NCBI GenBank assembly: GCA_040390065.1
Contig: JAZJZE010000011.1
Coordinates: 32,001-96,000, forward strand
DNA from: a bacterium
Lineage (GTDB): Archaea > Thermoplasmatota > E2 > JACPAO01 > JAHFTW01
Length of the DNA: 64,000 nucleotides
Direction: 5' to 3'
In this document: in pieces, positions 9,136-18,909 of the stretch
Layout: the number at the start of each line of letters is the position of its first letter
Numbering within the stretch: position 1 is the stretch's first letter
The notes under the pieces: generated by a model
Database searches by the model: none
The model's input: the letters and a program-made list of their open reading frames with translations, nothing else
Told to the model about the DNA's origin: nothing
Translations under genes and position numbers: made by a program

Positions 9136-9876
9136 ATGAACTGCATGAACACCAAACCAACACTGATGACCTTCGCCGCCATCGCACTGGCAGCAACCAT
9201 GGTCGCACCCGGCGCCAGCGCCGTCGTCGTCCAAGCCACGCACCACCAAACCGCAGGCGGAACGCCGGTCTTCGGCTCCCTCTGGGGTTGCATCGTCGTC
9301 TCCTGCAGCAACCTGCTCGAGGACTCCACGGACCACCTCAGCCTCAACACGCCGACCTACCTCGTCGCGGCCCGCATCATGTACGCCGGAACCGCTGCCT
9401 GCGGCGACGGCATCTACCGCCCTGGCCTGTGCCAGCCCGGCGGCGCGGACAACCAGGCCTACTTCTACGGCCGCGGCACGCAGGCACCACTGACCGGCGC
9501 CTTCCCAGCCATTTGCATCCTCGCTGACGGCGACCCGGGCGCGACGGGCTTCCCGAACAACGACGGTGGCTCCGGCGCCGTCGACTTCGGCATGACCTAC
9601 TCCGTCTGGCAGAACGTGCCCTTTGTCCAGAACGGTGTCATGTTCGCCAACGGCGGCACGACGACCTCGAGCGGCCCGTACTTCGTGTCGGACTTCCTGG
9701 TCATTGGCACCGGCACGGACGTGAACTTCCAGGTCAACATCTACAACCCGAACACCACGGCCTGCAACTCGTGGTTTGATGCGGACGCCGGCGCTGACGT
9801 TGATGCCGGTGAGACGACCTCCATCACGCCGACCAACGGCAACAGCGACTGGGTCACCTTGCACCTGGTCTACTAG
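9136..9876 (+). CDS. Secreted beta-rich hypothetical protein
   Basis: Signal peptide MNTKPTLMTFAAIALAATMVAPGASA; strong codon bias; several Cys. Start is 9136 or 9145. Confidence 0.85.
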   Translation: MNCMNTKPTLMTFAAIALAATMVAPGASAVVVQATHHQTAGGTPVFGSLWGCIVVSCSNLLEDSTDHLSLNTPTYLVAARIMYAGTAACGDGIYRPGLCQPGGADNQAYFYGRGTQAPLTGAFPAICILADGDPGATGFPNNDGGSGAVDFGMTYSVWQNVPFVQNGVMFANGGTTTSSGPYFVSDFLVIGTGTDVNFQVNIYNPNTTACNSWFDADAGADVDAGETTSITPTNGNSDWVTLHLVY

Positions 9877-9900
9877 ACCAGTGCGGATGCAGAATTCCCA

Positions 9901-9920
9901 GCCTCCTCCCCCTTTTTCTA
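9901..9920 (+). terminator. Pyrimidine/oligo-T archaeal-type terminator
   Basis: CCTCCTCCCCCTTTTTCTA about 25 nt after the stop at 9876. Confidence 0.45.
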
Positions 9921-9946
9921 TCCGCCGCACTCCTCCCGGTCTTGCC

Positions 9947-11101
9947 ATGACTTGTCGTCCCATCGCCGGCTTCACCGCCGTGTTTCTTGTCCTCCTTCTT
10001 GCCGCACCCCTGCCGGCGTCCGCCGAAGCGCAGGCTCAACCCGCGGGCGCAGTGGAGCAGGCCGCACTTGCCCGCATCGAGCAGCAAATCCGCGACCTGG
10101 CGGCCGCAAATCCAAAGCTCCCGGGACCGACGTTTGCGTGGAACGCCATGGCCGCTGACCGGCCGGACCTTGCCGTGCGGGATGCAGCGCGCGAACTGGC
10201 CTTCTACCGATGGCGCGCGTGGCTCGACTTTGACGAGAATCACCATTCCTCCCTCACAGGTCGCCAGGCATTGGACCGGGCCCGCAGCGAGTCCGCGGCC
10301 ATGCAGGCCGAGGCCCTTGCGACGATGCATGCGTTGGATGACTCCCCCGTCGCCGGCTCCGGGCCGGAACTGGAAGACGGCGTTGCCCGCGCCTTGCCTG
10401 CTGCTGGCATCGTCACCCAGTCGCCCTATGTCGACAATTTCCTCCTTTCCTGGCAGCGGCGCTACGCAGACAACGCGACCGACCTGAGCCCGCTCATCAC
10501 GGTCATGGCCGCATTCGAGGCATCACGGATCCTCATGCAAGAGTTGCCGCCCCCTGCGCGCGGCGCAAGCGTCGTGGCCGCTCTCGACGAAGGGACCGCC
10601 CGCCGAGTCCATGAAAACGTCACGTACTGGATTGGATCCAGCGATCTCCCAAGTGTGGTGGCGGGGGCGGGCGAATCGTATTACCAGGATGCCCTCGAAG
10701 CGCAGCGCCCCCTTGCAGCCTTGGTCTATATGCTGGCGGCCGAGATGGCCCACGAGCAATCCGAGATTGGCGCCGAAATCGGCGCGAAGGGCTACGACAT
10801 GCCCGCGACCTTGCGCTCGATGCATGACGAAGGGATGGGCTGGAAGCCTTCGATGCTCACTCGCGAGGCGGTCGATCTTGCCGGTTTCGTGCTCGAGGAC
10901 GGGCGCATCGCCGAAAACGAATCCGGACTCGCAATCGAAGCCGTGGCGCGCCTCGCCATGGTGCGGCTCCTGCACGGGGAGTCGCCTCCAGTCGAGTACA
11001 GTCGGGCGCCATCGCAAGATTCCCCCGGCGTGGGAGAACTCGGCGCGTCCCTGATGGTCCTCATTGCGGCCCTCCTGGTCTCGCGGCGCCGTCGGTCCTG
11101 A
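9947..11101 (+). CDS. Secreted helical protein with PGF-CTERM-like (archaeosortase) tail
   Basis: N-terminal signal peptide; C-terminus DSPGVGELGASLMVLIAALLVSRRRRS. Confidence 0.82.
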   Translation: MTCRPIAGFTAVFLVLLLAAPLPASAEAQAQPAGAVEQAALARIEQQIRDLAAANPKLPGPTFAWNAMAADRPDLAVRDAARELAFYRWRAWLDFDENHHSSLTGRQALDRARSESAAMQAEALATMHALDDSPVAGSGPELEDGVARALPAAGIVTQSPYVDNFLLSWQRRYADNATDLSPLITVMAAFEASRILMQELPPPARGASVVAALDEGTARRVHENVTYWIGSSDLPSVVAGAGESYYQDALEAQRPLAALVYMLAAEMAHEQSEIGAEIGAKGYDMPATLRSMHDEGMGWKPSMLTREAVDLAGFVLEDGRIAENESGLAIEAVARLAMVRLLHGESPPVEYSRAPSQDSPGVGELGASLMVLIAALLVSRRRRS

Positions 11102-11175
11102 CGCCGAGCTGGGGCAATCGCGAGCGGGCCTCTTGCAGCCAAAGGGGCTATGTCTGTCCCGTCCATCGTTCCCTG

Positions 11176-12666
11176 ATGCGCGCCATCGCAGTTTTCGGCC
11201 TATGCCTCGCCATGCTGGTTCCCACGGTCGCGTCCCTGGCACTTCCTGCGCCCGCCGCGGCGCCCGCCACGATGCAGGCCAATACAGCCAGCCCACTATG
11301 GAGTGCATTGCGTGAATCGGGGCGCACCCCAGCCCAGTGGGCGGTCCTTCTGACCTCGGACGCGGATGGCAACCACAGGACCGATTTCCTGGACGTCCTG
11401 CTTTCCATTGCTGCCGCGACCGGCCACCTCCAGACACCGGTCGAACTCCTTGTGTACGCCGATGCGGGCGGCCGGGCGTCGCTATTGGCCACCCAGCCGG
11501 GTGCCACATCCATCGACGGCGCGGGCGCAGTCTTCCTCCAGGCGGCCTTGAGCCGCGTCGCTTCCCTGGCAAGCCAGCCAGGTGTGTCTCTTGTCGTTTG
11601 GGAACCCCGTGCCTACGTCGACGGCACGTCGAACAACCCGGCAAGCAGCAACCCGGCAGGTTTGGCCCAGATTGGAATCCACCAAGGGGACCAGGCGTGG
11701 AGCGCCGGCTATGCGGGCTCGGGCGTCAAGATTGCCATCATCGATACCGGCGCAGACATCGGCCACCAAGCCCTCGATGGGGGCAAGGTGACCGCGTTCA
11801 AGGACTGCGTCGGCAGCGGCGCCACGTCGTACGACAACAACGGCCATGGAACGCATGTGGCGTCCATCGCCGCGGGGGACGACGGCACGGACTTCCGCGG
11901 AATCGCCTACCAAGCCGATCTCGTCATCGTGAAGGTCTTGGATGCGGCCGGCAGCGGTTCTCTCGCCGGATTCCAGTGTGGCATCACGTGGCTAAAGAAC
12001 GGCGGCTCGCCGCGCGCAGACGTGGCCTCCATGTCGGCCGGACTCGCCGTTCCGCCCTTGGGCATCACGACGCTGAACGGCGGCGAAACCGACCTGTTCG
12101 GGTGGGACACCGTTGCGCAGCAGCTCCCCGGCGCCGTCGACATGCCGTTTGCCATTGCCGCCGGAAACTGGGTCTCGACGGCCTACACGGACGTCAGCGG
12201 CGTCGACGAGACGACGCATGTCGGCGTCAACGGGGTCAACCAAGTATCTTCCCCGGGCTTCGCCAACGGAATCATCGCCGTCGGCGCAGTCGACAACAAG
12301 CAGGCCCCAGCCAGCTTTACGGCCCTTGGCCCAGGAAAGCATGGCACAATCTACAAGCCCGACGTGGCCGCCATGGGCGTCGACACGTGGGGCGCCGCCT
12401 ACGGCAGCACCTCGTACTACGTGCAGTGGTCGGGGACAAGCATGGCCACACCCCTTGCCGCTGGCGCGCTGGCCCTACTCGTCGACAAGGACAACACACT
12501 CACCTATACCCAGTACAACGACGCCCTACGCAACGGTGCCGGCCCCGGCTGTATCGTGGCCCTCAGTGGCGCAGGTTGCCTGGCAGGACTCAACGAGGTT
12601 CCCGACCCCAATTTCGTGGTTGGCTTCGGCGTCGTGAAGGCAAAGACAAGTCTCGACCTCATCTGA
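11176..12666 (+). CDS. Secreted S8 (subtilisin-like) serine peptidase
   Basis: Catalytic triad motifs IAIIDTG, HGTHVA and SGTSMATP; AAGN oxyanion motif; KPDVAA; signal peptide and propeptide. Confidence 0.95.
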   Translation: MRAIAVFGLCLAMLVPTVASLALPAPAAAPATMQANTASPLWSALRESGRTPAQWAVLLTSDADGNHRTDFLDVLLSIAAATGHLQTPVELLVYADAGGRASLLATQPGATSIDGAGAVFLQAALSRVASLASQPGVSLVVWEPRAYVDGTSNNPASSNPAGLAQIGIHQGDQAWSAGYAGSGVKIAIIDTGADIGHQALDGGKVTAFKDCVGSGATSYDNNGHGTHVASIAAGDDGTDFRGIAYQADLVIVKVLDAAGSGSLAGFQCGITWLKNGGSPRADVASMSAGLAVPPLGITTLNGGETDLFGWDTVAQQLPGAVDMPFAIAAGNWVSTAYTDVSGVDETTHVGVNGVNQVSSPGFANGIIAVGAVDNKQAPASFTALGPGKHGTIYKPDVAAMGVDTWGAAYGSTSYYVQWSGTSMATPLAAGALALLVDKDNTLTYTQYNDALRNGAGPGCIVALSGAGCLAGLNEVPDPNFVVGFGVVKAKTSLDLI

Positions 12667-12770
12667 CGCGTGGTGGTCATGAGGGGCCGGCGCGGCCGAG
12701 GTTCCCCACGAGGGTTCACCGGGCCAACCTTTAGGACGCCTCCCCATCATGACGAGTCGGCCGTGAGGTT

Positions 12771-13307
12771 ATGGTGTCGGTCGGCACGTCAATGTTGGTT
12801 CTAGGCGCGCTTCTGCTCCTCCTAGCGCCGGGCGCAAGCGCAGGCGTCTGGGTGGATGGGGAGACGACGTCGGACAACCCCCGCGACCTGACCATCGACC
12901 GCACGGCTGGGCCGTGGAACGTCTTGCACTGGAAGGCACCGTCCGCCACGGACGGACGGACACTCACGGGCTACTGGGTGTACCGTGACCCGGGGACCTC
13001 GACCTTCGACCCAGCGACCGACTCGTATTTCATCCCCATTTCATCGGGGACGGCGTTCACGGACACCGCGTGGCCGTATTCGCAAGCCGCGCTCTACTAC
13101 GTGACCGCCGTCTTCCAAGATCCGGTGAGTGGCGTGGTCACCCAGAGTTGGCCAAGTGTTCCGGCCCCGTCATACAGTCTGCCCGCGGGCCACATCGCCT
13201 GGCCGTGTCAGCCCTTGGACTATGATGCCGCCGCCTCGGTCCCGACGGCCACGGCTGACCCCGTTTGTCTCCTGCGGTATTGGAAAGCCCTTCACGTACC
13301 GCCGTAG
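12771..13307 (+). CDS. Secreted single FN3-like domain protein (paralog 1)
   Basis: Signal peptide; PRDL...LHWKAP..DGRTLTGYWVYR...FTD...YYVTA is an FN3 pattern. Confidence 0.82.
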   Translation: MVSVGTSMLVLGALLLLLAPGASAGVWVDGETTSDNPRDLTIDRTAGPWNVLHWKAPSATDGRTLTGYWVYRDPGTSTFDPATDSYFIPISSGTAFTDTAWPYSQAALYYVTAVFQDPVSGVVTQSWPSVPAPSYSLPAGHIAWPCQPLDYDAAASVPTATADPVCLLRYWKALHVPP

Positions 13308-13628
13308 ACCCACCGCTTGCCGGGGGGACACCAACTGCCGACGAATCTTTGGCCAAAGCATGCGGGCGGCCCGCAGCTGTGGGGGCCGTTGCGAACGGGG
13401 AAAGCGCGTGGGGGTGGAGTGACCAAGACCGGCGTGGTGGATTGTCCGGATCCACGGTCGGTGAGTCGGCTGCTGATTTGCCGCCCCCATACGCAACCCC
13501 CTCCCTGCACCGAAATGCAAGAGTCGTTTGGCTAGATGGGGATATGGCGTGCCGCATGTAGCCAATCTTGTTATATGGGCCCCGTCGGTCGTGCTCTTGC
13601 GGCAAGATTTGCCGCGAGGTGGTGTTCA

Positions 13629-14147
13629 GTGAGGACTCTATTCGCCATGTTGGTTCTGACCATGACGGTGGCCTGTGCGCCGCCCGCAACCGCCGACCCT
13701 TTGCCGGTCAACTGGGTCATGACGCCAGGCCATGTGGGCTTCTGGGCCGATGGCATGACGACCACAAACCACCCGACGGACCTTTCCCTCAGCCGCTCCG
13801 CGACCTCCAACGAGTTGTCGTGGAACGCTCCCCTGTTCTCCGACGGGCGGACGTTGGTCGGCTACTACGTTTACCGACTCCCTGGAGACGCGCAGCTTGA
13901 CCCCGTTACATCGTTCTACGTAACAACAGGCACGTCCCTTTCCGACACGACAGCCGACCCCACGCACCCGTATGTGTACATGGCCACGGCCGAATTCCAA
14001 GATGCGTCGACGGGGCAGTTCACCCAAAGCCTGCCGGGGAACGTCGCTGTGGCGTTTGCCGGTGGATACCCGCACTGCATGACACCGCAATACAACCTTG
14101 CAGTCTTTCCCTATGTCTTCGTGGACGCTGGCTGCATCATTCCCTGA
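13629..14147 (+). CDS. Secreted single FN3-like domain protein (paralog 2)
   Basis: G.W.DG.TT...P.DL...W.AP...DGRTL.GY.VYR.PG...DP is shared with 12771-13307; signal peptide. Confidence 0.82.
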   Translation: MRTLFAMLVLTMTVACAPPATADPLPVNWVMTPGHVGFWADGMTTTNHPTDLSLSRSATSNELSWNAPLFSDGRTLVGYYVYRLPGDAQLDPVTSFYVTTGTSLSDTTADPTHPYVYMATAEFQDASTGQFTQSLPGNVAVAFAGGYPHCMTPQYNLAVFPYVFVDAGCIIP

Positions 14148-14152
14148 GTGAC

Positions 14153-15676
14153 ATGGGCCGGATTCTCGTTGTCGTAATGCTGGCCATTTTGCTGACCATG
14201 CCGGTCGCGGCCGCTGACCCCTTGCCTTTCCTGTCGGGCAGCACGCGGGAGGCTTCCCTCGTCGGCGACGTGCAGGCCACGGGAGACCTGTCCTATTTCG
14301 CGTCGCTTGGCCGCCACGACCAACAGGACCCGGCGTCCAGGCTTCCGCCTGGTTCGCCAGAGATTGCTCCGACGACCATCACTCTTTTTGCTGAGTCGGT
14401 CGATGCGCAGACGGACGTTATGCGCTCCGATCCAACGGTGCTGTTCGTGGGGCCCGTGCAGAGCTACTCGGTGGAGAACCGGACGTTTGCGGGCGGAGTG
14501 TCGTTTTCATCCTCGGCAATTCGGCCAGGGTTCGATTTCTTTCTCGCGCCATCGCCGGGTCGGCCGCTTCCCCGGGTCAGCCTGTCGGCAGATTCCGGTG
14601 TGTTGCGGGCGGTGCCTGCACCTGGCAAGGAGTCGAACAAGATTGTGGCAGGACCGCATGAAGCGCTTCCGTCGGCCGGCCAAGCAACCATGGCCTGGAC
14701 CCCCGTGTCGTCTTGGCGTACGCTTTCGGTCGAGGGAGATTTCACGCTCGTCGCTTGGGAGATGGACTTCCACGCCACCTCGAGCGAAGCGGCGGTTGAC
14801 CTTGCGACTGGTTACGTCTTCAAGCCGGCTGCCCCCGTTCCAACGGGGGACGTAAACACCGTGGGATCAGTGGAGATGCGTCAGACTTACCTCGCCGTCC
14901 ATGCCGGAACGATTAGCTTCACCTTCGCTGCCGCGCCGACGGCGCAATTGGACTTCTCTGCCGTCCATGCCAACGTCGGCTATCAGGTGACGCTTCCGGA
15001 CGCCGACGGGTCCGTGCAAGGCCCGGCGGGGCCCGAGGCGTTCAGTCGTCGAGATGTGTTCGTCCAGGGCATCCTGGAGGTGTCGTTCGCCGACGCGGGC
15101 GCGACCGTCTTCGACGCCAGGGTTTCCGGTGACGCGGCGCAGGCGGTCGTGGGCGGCAAGGTCTATCACTTCTCGCCTCAGGGGAGCGTTGGGGCTCGTG
15201 GCGTCGCCGTGACCCCCACCGCGTGGCTTCCCGTCGCTGGTGGCGCAGTGGTGGTCGCCGGCCTCGGTGCCTATGCGCGACGGCGGTCTCAAGTGAAGAG
15301 GATGAACCACCTGGAGCTTCTCATGGAGGCGGCCATGTACAGGGACGCCGCCCGCTCGGCTGGTCGCCTAGTCCGGTCGCGCCGCCACGGGCAGGATGCC
15401 CAAGTCATCCAAACCGTGTCGCTTCTTCGCCTTGGGCGGCTGCCCGAAGCGCAGGCGTGCCTGCGGTCATGGCGCGGGCCGCAGGCAGCCACGGTGGATT
15501 ACCTGTGGGCATTCCTCCACGCGCTCCGGGGCGAGTCGCGCGAAGCCCGCATCCGACTCGACCAATGTCTCGCAAAGGACCGCGAAATGCACTTGGAGAT
15601 TGACACGAATCCGGTTTTCCAGCGGTTGTCCAAGCCGGCCGGGCCGGCAGCACACGAGGCTGGTGCATACACATAG
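14153..15676 (+). CDS. Single-pass membrane protein: extracellular beta domain, TM, cytoplasmic TPR-like domain
   Basis: Signal peptide; TM WLPVAGGAVVVAGLGAYARRR; TPR-like helices (SLLRLGRLPEAQACL, YLWAFLHALRGESREARIRLDQCL). Confidence 0.82.
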   Translation: MGRILVVVMLAILLTMPVAAADPLPFLSGSTREASLVGDVQATGDLSYFASLGRHDQQDPASRLPPGSPEIAPTTITLFAESVDAQTDVMRSDPTVLFVGPVQSYSVENRTFAGGVSFSSSAIRPGFDFFLAPSPGRPLPRVSLSADSGVLRAVPAPGKESNKIVAGPHEALPSAGQATMAWTPVSSWRTLSVEGDFTLVAWEMDFHATSSEAAVDLATGYVFKPAAPVPTGDVNTVGSVEMRQTYLAVHAGTISFTFAAAPTAQLDFSAVHANVGYQVTLPDADGSVQGPAGPEAFSRRDVFVQGILEVSFADAGATVFDARVSGDAAQAVVGGKVYHFSPQGSVGARGVAVTPTAWLPVAGGAVVVAGLGAYARRRSQVKRMNHLELLMEAAMYRDAARSAGRLVRSRRHGQDAQVIQTVSLLRLGRLPEAQACLRSWRGPQAATVDYLWAFLHALRGESREARIRLDQCLAKDREMHLEIDTNPVFQRLSKPAGPAAHEAGAYT

Positions 15677-15714
15677 CCGCGCGGCGCGATGGGGAAGGCA
15701 GCCGGTCCCGCATC

Positions 15715-16140
15715 GTGCAACTGATTGGGAGCGAACCCGGCATCAACAAGACCACGCTTTGCCGGGAATTGGGCCTCGGCTGGGGAACTGTTTCGCACCA
15801 CCTGCGCGTGTTGACGCGCCGTGGACTCGTTGCGGCCTACGGTCGTGGAAAGGAAGTCCACTGGTTCCCCTGCAGCGTCGATGAGGCCCAGTACCGATGG
15901 TTGTGCGTGCTGCACGATGGCCGGGCGGCGTCAATCGTCAATCATCTCGAGAGGCGTCCCGGCCTGCGGTTGAGTGACCTTTCGGACTCAATCGGGATTT
16001 CGCGGAAAGTCATCCGGCGTCACCTGTCGCAGCTGGGGGAAGAGGGCTTGGTGACCCACGAAGGCGAAACACAGCGGCGCTACCGTTTGCAGCGGCCTCT
16101 TCTCCCTGCGGGGCCGGACGACGTGAGCCATCGACAATGA
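15715..16140 (+). CDS. Tandem winged-HTH transcriptional regulator
   Basis: EPGINKTTLCRELGLGWGTVSHHLRVLTRRGLV and RPGLRLSDLSDSIGISRKVIRRHLSQLGEEGLV. Start is uncertain. Confidence 0.88.
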   Translation: MQLIGSEPGINKTTLCRELGLGWGTVSHHLRVLTRRGLVAAYGRGKEVHWFPCSVDEAQYRWLCVLHDGRAASIVNHLERRPGLRLSDLSDSIGISRKVIRRHLSQLGEEGLVTHEGETQRRYRLQRPLLPAGPDDVSHRQ

Positions 16141-16333
16141 CCCGACGCCTGTTTGCTGGCGCCGACGTTGAGCCGAATGGTGCAAACGCTGCGGCCCCCC
16201 GGTCTCCTCGCGGTCCTCGACTGGGCTGAACCGCCGGCCCCGACCGCGCAGTCCAGGGATCGGACCACAGCGGCTACCCACGGGAGGTAGCCCGGATCCG
16301 GCTTGTCTTGTCTTTGAAATCCGGCCCACCCCG

Positions 16334-16340
16334 TTCAATA
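16334..16340 (+). promoter_or_regulatory. TATA-like box (TTCAATA), shared with the copy at 29141-29147
   Basis: The same heptamer lies 24 and 25 nt upstream of the GTG of Cys-rich peptide copies 1 and 3. Confidence 0.55.
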
Positions 16341-16364
16341 GGTCTGGTGCCTGGTATGGCGTCG

Positions 16365-16673
16365 GTGCCAAAAATGCGCTACGCCATCGTCTACGCCTTG
16401 CTTCTGCTGGCCACAGCAGTCCCGACCGCCACCGCCGATACAGGCGTGTGCGCCTTCCGCTCCGAGACCTGCGGCAACGACGGCTCATCCAGCTGCCCGA
16501 CCTGCGTCATCTTGCCCAGTGGCGAATTGGGCGGCTGCGTGCGCTATCCCGACTGCATGGCGGTCCCAGTTCCCTGCCACCCCGACCCGGGGTCCGGGGC
16601 TACCATTTACTGCACCCAGAACAGCTTTGGAGATGGCGTCTGTTATGGGTCAGTCACGGCAGGCGAAGCGTAG
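16365..16673 (+). CDS. Secreted Cys-rich mini-protein, copy 1 (9 Cys)
   Basis: Signal MRYAIVYALLLLATAVPTATA followed by DTGVCAFRSETCGNDG...CVRYPDC..PVPC...YCTQNSFGDGVCY; paralogs at 23786 and 28786. Confidence 0.88.
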   Translation: MPKMRYAIVYALLLLATAVPTATADTGVCAFRSETCGNDGSSSCPTCVILPSGELGGCVRYPDCMAVPVPCHPDPGSGATIYCTQNSFGDGVCYGSVTAGEA

Positions 16674-16718
16674 GTGTTCCAGGCGTCTTGCATGAGTTTC
16701 TGCGGGTCTTGTGGGGCC

Positions 16719-16752
16719 CTGATTTCATTTTCCCTCCTATTTTGCCACTTCT
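16719..16752. repeat. Dispersed repeat A, copy 3
   Basis: CTGATTTCATTTTCCCTCCTATTTTGCCACTTCT. Confidence 0.55.
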
Positions 16753-16869
16753 CGATCAGGTGAATCCGGCCCGTAGGGCCCATGCGCGTCGTGTGCCCCG
16801 GTCTCGGCTGGCCCCCTGGTTTCGTCAACGATTTTCGGGGCGGCCGGATGAAAACAACTCGCAGCGAGC

Positions 16870-16940
16870 CTCAAATTGTCGCAAAATGGTCCAAACAGCC
16901 CTTTCAAAATGTTAAGGTGTTGGGCAAAATGCGCCGACCC
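16870..16940. repeat. Dispersed repeat B, copy 2
   Basis: Similar to 3640-3700. Confidence 0.65.
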
Positions 16941-17063
16941 TCAAACCCGGCATCACCCAAAAACAACACCCTCGCCGGGAGAGCACCATCCCATGCAAGC
17001 CTGGTCAGGATACTGTGGCGCGGCCGTCAAGGATGGCTTTCTCCGTTCGTGACCTTGTCACGT

Positions 17064-17495
17064 TTAGCGCCAGCTGCCGTGCAAGAACACCCGTCGGTGT
17101 TGGCCTTCCCTGAGGAACTCGATGAACGGGTCATGGCCGGGCTCCGTCCATTGGATTGCCTTGGCAAGTCCGTCGTTGGCCTTGTCTTCGGCCTCGATGC
17201 CGCCGTCGGCGAGCAACCGGAAATTTGCCGAAGGCAAACCGGCGTTGACGAGGCAAAGCCGGATGTGGCCGTAAAACGTGTATTTTCCGCCCCCCTTCGA
17301 GGCCGTGAGGTCGCCAAAATCCACGGGCTGAACCCTCCACGCTGCTTTGGGACACGGCAAATCGCCGTTTGGGTTTTCGCAGAACATCGTGGAGGCCGGA
17401 TTGAATCGCGCATGGATGTTTGCGCCCATCCGCTTCCAGAAATCTTCCGCCGCCGTTGCGGCGTCCACTTTGTCAGATATCGAAATGGAAGCCAT
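17064..17495 (-). CDS. Hypothetical protein (~143 aa)
   Basis: Globular-looking ORF beginning MASISISDKVDAA; divergent from 17629. Confidence 0.6.
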   Translation of the reverse strand: MASISISDKVDAATAAEDFWKRMGANIHARFNPASTMFCENPNGDLPCPKAAWRVQPVDFGDLTASKGGGKYTFYGHIRLCLVNAGLPSANFRLLADGGIEAEDKANDGLAKAIQWTEPGHDPFIEFLREGQHRRVFLHGSWR

Positions 17496-17628
17496 GGGGG
17501 GCGCAACGCGTGCCGCGAGAAAGGACTTTGGGCGGAGCACGTATTTCCTTAGGGAAAGCCCGCAGAGGATTGCGGTGCCTCGGGAGCGGAACAAGCTCCT
17601 TCAAGACTCTCGTGGGAATAGCCGGACC

Positions 17629-17886
17629 ATGGCCAACCCGTGGCTCAACATCGTCGGTTTGTGCGCCGACTTCGTAGGCGTTCTCGTTTTCTTCTGGGGC
17701 ATCTACATTCCGAAGGACGCTCTTCAGCGCATGAAAATGGAGGTCGCCCAGGTGGGCACTATTGGCGGTGGCGGGCCGGACCAGCTCATGAAGGATCGTG
17801 AGCAATCCATCAAGATAGGTATGTGGGGCACCCTTCTTTTAGCGATCGGCTTCCTGTTTCAGCTTGCGGGAAGTTGGCCGAACTAG
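17629..17886 (+). CDS. Small two-TM membrane protein
   Basis: TM1 WLNIVGLCADFVGVLVFFWGIY; TM2 IGMWGTLLLAIGFLFQLAG. Confidence 0.75.
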   Translation: MANPWLNIVGLCADFVGVLVFFWGIYIPKDALQRMKMEVAQVGTIGGGGPDQLMKDREQSIKIGMWGTLLLAIGFLFQLAGSWPN

Positions 17887-18096
17887 GTCTCGAGGTGGCC
17901 AGGGAACGCGGTGTAATCCCGACGAGGATTTCGCCACGGTTTGGGGACTAATCCTGGGGACAAGGGCACCGTCGCGCTGCTAGGCCTCGACGGTCCTTCT
18001 TGATCTACGAGCGGGCCCGCGCGTGCAAGACTTTGTGCGTCTCGGTTCCGCCGTCTTGTAGGGGCGACCTCAAATCGTGTCGCAGAATGCGCAACC

Positions 18097-18834
18097 ATGG
18101 CTCACCCGGGTCGCGTTCGCTGGCGCCGCGTGTTCGCTGACCTCGAGGTTATCGCGGACAAATGGACGTCAAGGCCGTTCCGGCGCCGCACTGCCAACCT
18201 GGCATTCTATTGGCTCCTCGCAATTGCTGTCGGGGGCGGGTTCCTGTGGGTTGAGTTCCATCCGCTGGTGGGCCCCAAGCAGCACCCGACGTGGGTCGAC
18301 GCAAGTCAGGACGCACTTATTGGATTCATGTTCTCCGCCCTGGCGGGGTACTCCTTTCACTTCAGACCGAGGCCACGGACCTGGGCCGAGCCTAGCGACG
18401 CCGAGACTCAACTTATCGCCGCGCAAATCTCCTCGTTACGAGAAGGTCGGGACAGCAATCGCGTCAAGTGGTTGGCGGCAGTTCTGGTGGTTCATACGGC
18501 GACCTTCAGCCTGTTCGGGTGGCTCCTGGACAAGCATGTGGCGACCGACCGCTTTCCAGGCCAACAATTGGTGGCCGTCGGTCTGACTGCGGCGTGGCTA
18601 GTGTGTTGGGGTGCCGCGGCCTCAATCTTGGAGTATGCGTACCGATTGAGAACGGCTGTTGATTTCCTGGCCAAGGGCCACAAGGGCCTGGTGGGCGACT
18701 TCTTCCGGTCCGTTCATCAGCCACTCCCCACTTCAGTCGTCCATGCGGCCGTTCCCCTCGCGCTCTTCCTTCTGGGAGGATACTGGGCACAGGTTTCCCT
18801 GAACGTCTGGGTCCGGATTCTAGGCTGGGCATGA
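18097..18834 (+). CDS. Multi-pass (about 5 TM) membrane protein
   Basis: Five hydrophobic segments separated by charged loops. Confidence 0.72.
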   Translation: MAHPGRVRWRRVFADLEVIADKWTSRPFRRRTANLAFYWLLAIAVGGGFLWVEFHPLVGPKQHPTWVDASQDALIGFMFSALAGYSFHFRPRPRTWAEPSDAETQLIAAQISSLREGRDSNRVKWLAAVLVVHTATFSLFGWLLDKHVATDRFPGQQLVAVGLTAAWLVCWGAAASILEYAYRLRTAVDFLAKGHKGLVGDFFRSVHQPLPTSVVHAAVPLALFLLGGYWAQVSLNVWVRILGWA

Positions 18835-18909
18835 CGCACAACCCTGGGTAGGATTGCTGGAGGGCGAGCGTAAATCACCAGGCCCCTTTTCGTGGCGAGC
18901 CCTACCTGG

